Shown piece by piece: positions 59,000-64,000 of a DNA stretch of 64,000 bases; the stretch's first letter is position 1; each line of letters opens with the position of its first letter. The position numbers and the translations under genes are program-made. Where the stretch lies: the NCBI RefSeq assembly GCF_964213995.1, contig NC_135830.1, forward strand, positions 10,540,001 to 10,604,000, in the 5' to 3' direction. The notes beneath the pieces were generated by a model. The model saw only the letters and a list, made by a program, of their open reading frames with translations, was not told where the DNA came from and did no database searches. The DNA comes from Mustelus asterias. Lineage: Eukaryota.

Positions 59000-59391
59000 T
59001 CATTGACATGAATTAACGGTGTCCATCAGAGCAAGGGAAATGTTCACAAAACTGGGTTTACCGCTGGATTTGTCAACTGTTCTGTTGATGATCTTCAAGG
59101 GGATGGCTTCATGTCCCACCACACAGGAGTAAGAAGCGCCGCTGGACCACTCCTCTGCTGCAATGGATAACAGGCTGTACATGAAGAAGGAGCTATTCCC
59201 GCTCTCCGCGACCACCTCGGTGTTCCTGTAGTTCCCAGGATTCACCGGCTTGTCGTTGACGGTCCACTTGACGAAGATCTCTCGAGGGGAGAAACGTCTC
59301 ACTAAGCAGCTGAGGGAGACGAATCTCTGAGCGGAGACTTCTTCTGCCGAGGGCAAGAGGACAGAGACGAACGGTTCCCGCGGATTTGGAT
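59000..59391 (-). CDS. IGHM: IgM CH4 exon + secretory tailpiece
   Basis: TTTCTGCAG acceptor; [17 protein letters not shown]; tailpiece [20 protein letters not shown] with N-glycan site and penultimate Cys; internal donor AGCG|GTAAAC at 59062/59061 for TM splicing. Confidence 0.96.
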
Positions 59392-59888
59392 CTGCAGAAA
59401 ATGTACAATAGATGTCAATAAACTGGAGAATTCTGGAGACAATGAAACTGCTGGCTAGGTATCAGAAAAATGTGCTTCGCTTTCGATTTTAAATGTTTCT
59501 ATTTTTGACTTCCAGCTTGGAGGAGAGGTGAACGCAATTGTTTTCTCAAATAACTCAGCGGGTTGGACTGGAAAGTTTCAGAAAGTTTACAGCACTGAAT
59601 CAGGCTCTTCGGCCCAACTGATCTGCTTTTTTTTATTGGTTTTCATGCTCCACATCAGGCTCCTCCCTCGTTATTCGATCTAAACCCAATAACATCGCCT
59701 TCAGTTCACTTTTCATTCATCAACACATCAAATTTCCCCGTAAAAATATATGCAGGACCAGAGTCTTTAGTTAGTAGAGTTTCCACTCAGGGGACACCAT
59801 TAATGCACTGAATACTGAATATTGACCAGTACACTGACACTGGAAGTAGACACAGTGACGCATTTATTGCTTCAATCTCTCAGCTCAC

Positions 59889-60197
59889 CTGTTTCCTTGT
59901 GGATGGATTTTCTTAAAGGAGTCGGCAGATCCTGATGGCTCACCACGCAGTGAAACACAGCCGCACTCAGCCAGGCTTGTGTCGAGATGTTTAAGTTGCT
60001 GACCACGCTGTCAGGATCGGCTCCTGGCTTTTCGGCAATCTCTGATTTCAAATACTTCCTGTCTCGGATCCAGGACACATTGACTCCATAAGGAGCATGA
60101 GAAATGATGCAGGTTAAGGTCACGGTAGCCTCCAGTAAGACCTGTTCTATTGGTGGTGGCTGTATGGTCACTGTGGAATCATGGCACTGGCAAGGAC
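59889..60197 (-). CDS. IGHM: IgM CH3 exon
   Basis: CACAG acceptor, GTGAG donor, phase 1/1; [17 protein letters not shown]. Confidence 0.95.
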
Positions 60198-60631
60198 CTG
60201 TGAATGACAAATGAAAATCAACCCAAGTTCCCTCTTCAGAAGCAGGGCAGTAGTATTCACCCTAAAGGAGAAAAAGTCGCCTTCGAGATATCAACCTCTA
60301 AGTATCGCCTTTAAACTTTTATAGACGATGGAAAACCAGCTCGATCTGTGAAACTATTCTCTTTATTAAAATATTTTAGCAGCGGTATCATTCTCATGAA
60401 TCAGCATTGCAGCATTCCAAACCATGCCCCAACTCAGGAACACAGTACTTGTCATTGATTTATTATTAGGGTGAATGCACTTTCCAACATTTAACCCCTC
60501 CGCTGTGACCTGTGAAACAGTCCAACACCAACTGTTTCTCCAAATCTTACCAGCCGTCTCAGGAAAAAGGCTGACATCAAGGCCGCCTCGCTCACTATGT
60601 TACTTCAAAACAGAAAGAAACACTCTTTCAA

Positions 60632-60930
60632 GGGGAGGCAGTGGTATTGTCAATGGACTTGTAATCCAAGAGACCGAGGACAAGACTCTAATTGAAGAGA
60701 CACGGATTCGAATCTCACCACTGCAAATGGTGAAATTTGAATTCAATAAAAATCTATGATTAAAAGTCAAATGATCATCATGAAGCCGTTGTTGTAAAAA
60801 CCCACCTGGTTCACGAATGCCCTTTAAAAAAGTAAATCTGCTGTCTTTATCTGGCCTGGCATGCATGTGACTCCAGATCCACAGCAATGTGGTTGACACT
60901 TAAGTGCCCTCAGGGATGGGAAATAAATGC
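60632..60930 (+). mobile_element. tRNA-derived SINE (DeuSINE/SacSINE1-like) in the CH2-CH3 intron
   Basis: Homologous to 18835-19187. Confidence 0.62.
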
Positions 60931-61115
60931 ACATCTCATGAAGGAATAACAAAAATTGCTGTTGTGATGAAATTCTGAATGGGGCACTGTCTTAATGCAG
61001 CAAACCACATGGCAGCAAATTCGAAGTTGTTCTGTGCTTTGTACTAACTTTAATAGACCCCTAATTCCGATTAACATCGGAATGGTATATTTTATCCTCG
61101 GTTTGAGTCTCTTAC

Positions 61116-61427
61116 CCAGAGATCCGCTGATGTTCTGACTCTGAGTGAATCCTTGATGAGTGACCTGGCAGGTATAGACCGCTTTGCTGATCCATTCCTG
61201 AGCGGAGACTGTCAGCCGACTGCTGGCCGAGAAGTTCCTGTTCACTTCATAGGCGGGAGAGGTGATAATTCCTGAATCCATGGGTTGTCCATTCTTCAGC
61301 CACTTCACCGTCATTGACTTTGGCTGGAAATCGATGATTGAACAGACGATGGTTGCAAATTTTCTGCTGGTGATTTCTTCACTGGAACTCACGGTGAGGA
61401 TAACGGTTGGGGTGATAACGATTGGGC
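61116..61427 (-). CDS. IGHM: IgM CH2 exon
   Basis: TTGTTGAAG acceptor, GTAAG donor; [16 protein letters not shown]. Confidence 0.95.
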
Positions 61428-61529
61428 CTTCAACAAACAAATGTTCAGACGTTACTTGAAGATTCAATTGACATCAATTAAAATTAGTTCTTTTATATGA
61501 GCAAAATACCTGCCGATTTGAGAATTATA

Positions 61530-62250
61530 TCCATGGTTTGGTTGAATTGGCAGGGAAATGGCGAATGGAATTCAACCGTCAAAAGTGCCACACAATGCAT
61601 TTGGGGAGGGAAAGCAAAGCAAGGCAATAAACTGGAATGTTAAGAGGGATTGAGGAAATGCAAGACCTTAGAGAGCACGTCCACATGTCCTTATAGATGG
61701 TAGGGCAGCTGGACAAGTTGATCAAGAAAGCATATCGGATTAGTTCCTCTATTATGTGAGATATTGAATGCAAAAACAGTGATGCAATGATGGAGCTGCA
61801 TAAAACCCAGTTAGGCCACGTTTGGAGTTTGCTGTTCAGTTCTGGTCACCACGTTGCAGGAATGACGTAATGAATCTGGAGAGAGATGAGGTTAACAAGA
61901 ATGTTGTCAGGGCCTGAAAATTGCAGCCATGAGGCGAGATTGGATAGGCAGGGGTTTTTCTCCTCAGAAAAAGAGGAGGCTGAGGCGTGACGTAATTGTG
62001 GTTCACAAAATTAGAAGGGACGTAGGCAGAAATAATTCATTCCCCAAGTGGAGGGCTCAATTACCAGGGAGCATGGTCATTTAAAAGGTCATTACGTCTG
62101 CATCTCAGGTGCTTTAACCTGCAATGCTACGGCGCAAGGGCTGGAAAATGGGCTCAAAATGTCTGGCTAGTTTATTTGTTCTCCCTTTTGGCCAGCACAG
62201 ACGTGATGGGCTCAATGGCCTCATTCTGCACAGTAACAGTCCTGTTGTTC
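61530..62250 (+). mobile_element. Old CR1 3' fragment in the CH1-CH2 intron
   Basis: Decayed RT C-terminal sequence and 3' UTR. Confidence 0.75.
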
Positions 62251-62400
62251 TTTGGTTCTGAACAACTTTTCAGTCAGTAGGCACTTACCTGGATTTTGCA
62301 TAATTCAATTTTTTTCAGAATGCTACAGATCAGTTATAACTAAGGCCTTATACAGTTCAATCACAGCGTTCCTGTCTTGCCCAAGTTCCACAACACTTAC

Positions 62401-62700
62401 ATCGCATTTCAATGCTCTTGACGGAGTCGCTGTGTCGAACCTCACAGTCGATTTTGCTGCACTCTCCCACTGACTGGGTAATGGTTAACTGGCTGCTCAG
62501 GGTATAGGTTCCCTTCGTGTTTCTCACTGATGGATAAGTCTTAAATCCAGTGGTGATCAGCTGCCCATTTTTCTTCCAGGTCAGTTTGGAGACATCTGGA
62601 GAGTAGTCCATTGCCAAACAGCCGTAGGTGATGGAGCCAGCGGAGTTGTGTTGCTGACAGGAAGAGACGAGGATGTAAAGAGTGGGCGGAGACGGTGTCG
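62401..62700 (-). CDS. IGHM: IgM CH1 exon
   Basis: TTCTTTCCCAG acceptor, GTAAGT donor, 300 nt; [42 protein letters not shown]. Confidence 0.95.
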
Positions 62701-63224
62701 CTGGGAAAGAATAGTCGATTCAACAAGTTAGACTCTTACTTGCGTTTATTAATTAATCAAACATATTTATACAAGTAAGTTTCTATATTAGGTATAGCTC
62801 TTGGGGCTAAAGGGATCAATGGATATGGGTAGTAGACGGGGGCAGGATATTGATGAGCTGTGATCAAAGTGAACGGTAGAGCAGGGTCAGAGGGCCGAAT
62901 GGCCTACTCCTGCTTCTATTTTCTATGTTTCTACATCACGATTTGTCTAGAATTATGAACTTAACTTAATATTTCCCGATTAAGACCTACATACACCTTT
63001 CAGATTCTGTTACTCCTATCATTTGAGAATCGCCATCTTTGTAGAAACTCACATCACTGTCTCCACCTCTATCAGATTGGAAAGAGAAAAAACATTTTGA
63101 TGTCATTGTAATGACATACCATTCATTAGATTAACAGAAAAGTGTAAAGAGTTTCTCCATTACTTCAGGCACTAGCTATTTCTCAAACAACAGCACTTTG
63201 TGATGAAGAAGTTGTCTCTTCATT

Positions 63225-63352
63225 CATATCAGCCACTCACCTGATGAAAGAGCTCCAAAAGCTCACGATTCCAAATAAGCCTGTTGTACTTTAACCTGGT
63301 GTTGTGAGACTCCTTACTGTGCCCACCCCAACCTAGCGTCGGCATATCCACA
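63225..63352 (+). mobile_element. Degenerate Penelope-like terminus
   Basis: CCACTCACCTGATGAA...CTTTAACCTGGTGTTGTGAGACT; hammerhead stem II decayed. Confidence 0.7.
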
Positions 63353-63679
63353 TTGTAGTTTTGGATATTGCCTGTGTACAAACTAACTGATGTCCCTTCC
63401 TCTCTCCAACTCACTGCCCCTCACTCCACAAAACGAAGATTAGTGACTTTCCTTCAGAAATACCGTCGGAATGAATACTTACTGAATGACCAGGAAACTC
63501 TAAATGTGATTACAAATTCAAATAATTGCAACATTGACTAATTGAAGGGTCAGACATTAATAGCAAGAGTTGGCCATTCGGGCCCTGAAGTCTCCTCCAT
63601 TATTCACCGAGATTACAGATGATCTGGTTGTGGTGCTCGCTCTATTTTGCACATCCTCACTCCGCCCGTCGATCACCCA

Positions 63680-64000
63680 CTCTCTGCCCATTTTCCCCGA
63701 CTCTCTGCGCTTTCCCCTGGCTCTCTGCTATTCCCTGTGGCTCTTTTCCCCTTTCACCCGGCTCTCCGCACTTCCATCTGGCTCTCTACACTTCCCTCCA
63801 GCTCTGTCCCCTCTCCCCCGGCTCCCTGCCCTTTCCCTCAGCTCCCTACCCTTTCCCCCGGCTCTCTGCCCGGTGTCCCTGCTCCATATCCACTTTCCCC
63901 TTTCCCCTGGCTCTCTGCCCTTTCCCGCTGACTCTCTGCCTTTCCCCCTGACTCTCTGCCCTTTCCTCTGGGCTCTCTTGTCCTTTTCCTCGGCTCTCTG
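63680..64000. repeat. Degenerate ~21-bp pyrimidine-rich tandem repeat (purine/G-rich on the IgM sense strand)
   Basis: Unit approximately GGCTCTCTGCCCTTTCCCCCT; runs off the window end. Confidence 0.88.

Noticed and set aside
62701-64000. JH segments, recombination signal sequences or octamer enhancer
   Set aside because: No WGxG J motif, heptamer/nonamer pair or ATTTGCAT seen; a lone YY1-like CGCCATCTT at ~63031 is insufficient.

Overview
Vertebrate genomic DNA, very likely a cartilaginous fish (shark), judged from the IgM sequence and the HE1/V-SINE and CR1 repertoire. From 1 to 54 kb lies a cluster of seven KRAB-less C2H2 zinc-finger loci: one clearly intact, one intact array that has lost its start codon, and five disrupted. 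They come with three NRF1-motif CpG-rich promoters and are embedded in dense, often nested CR1 LINEs, tRNA-derived SINEs, Penelope-like elements (PLEs), an L2 relic and two LTR-like repeats. From 55 to 62.7 kb on the minus strand is a complete IgM heavy-chain constant region (CH1-CH4, secretory tail, TM1, TM2); V/D/J would lie beyond the right edge. Main observations: (1) all three CR1 ORF1/ORF2 junctions, from two divergent families, read T TTA AAC followed by the ORF1 stop, with ORF2 in the -1 frame, and one family has no usable AUG, pointing to programmed -1 ribosomal frameshifting; (2) PLE termini carry covarying minimal hammerhead ribozymes; (3) one PLE has captured an inverted copy of its own flank; (4) a 9.1 kb three-element CR1 stack sits inside a zinc finger; (5) a G-rich, switch-like repeat lies upstream of CH1. 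CR1 family letters A-F are my own labels, and all alignments were done by eye.
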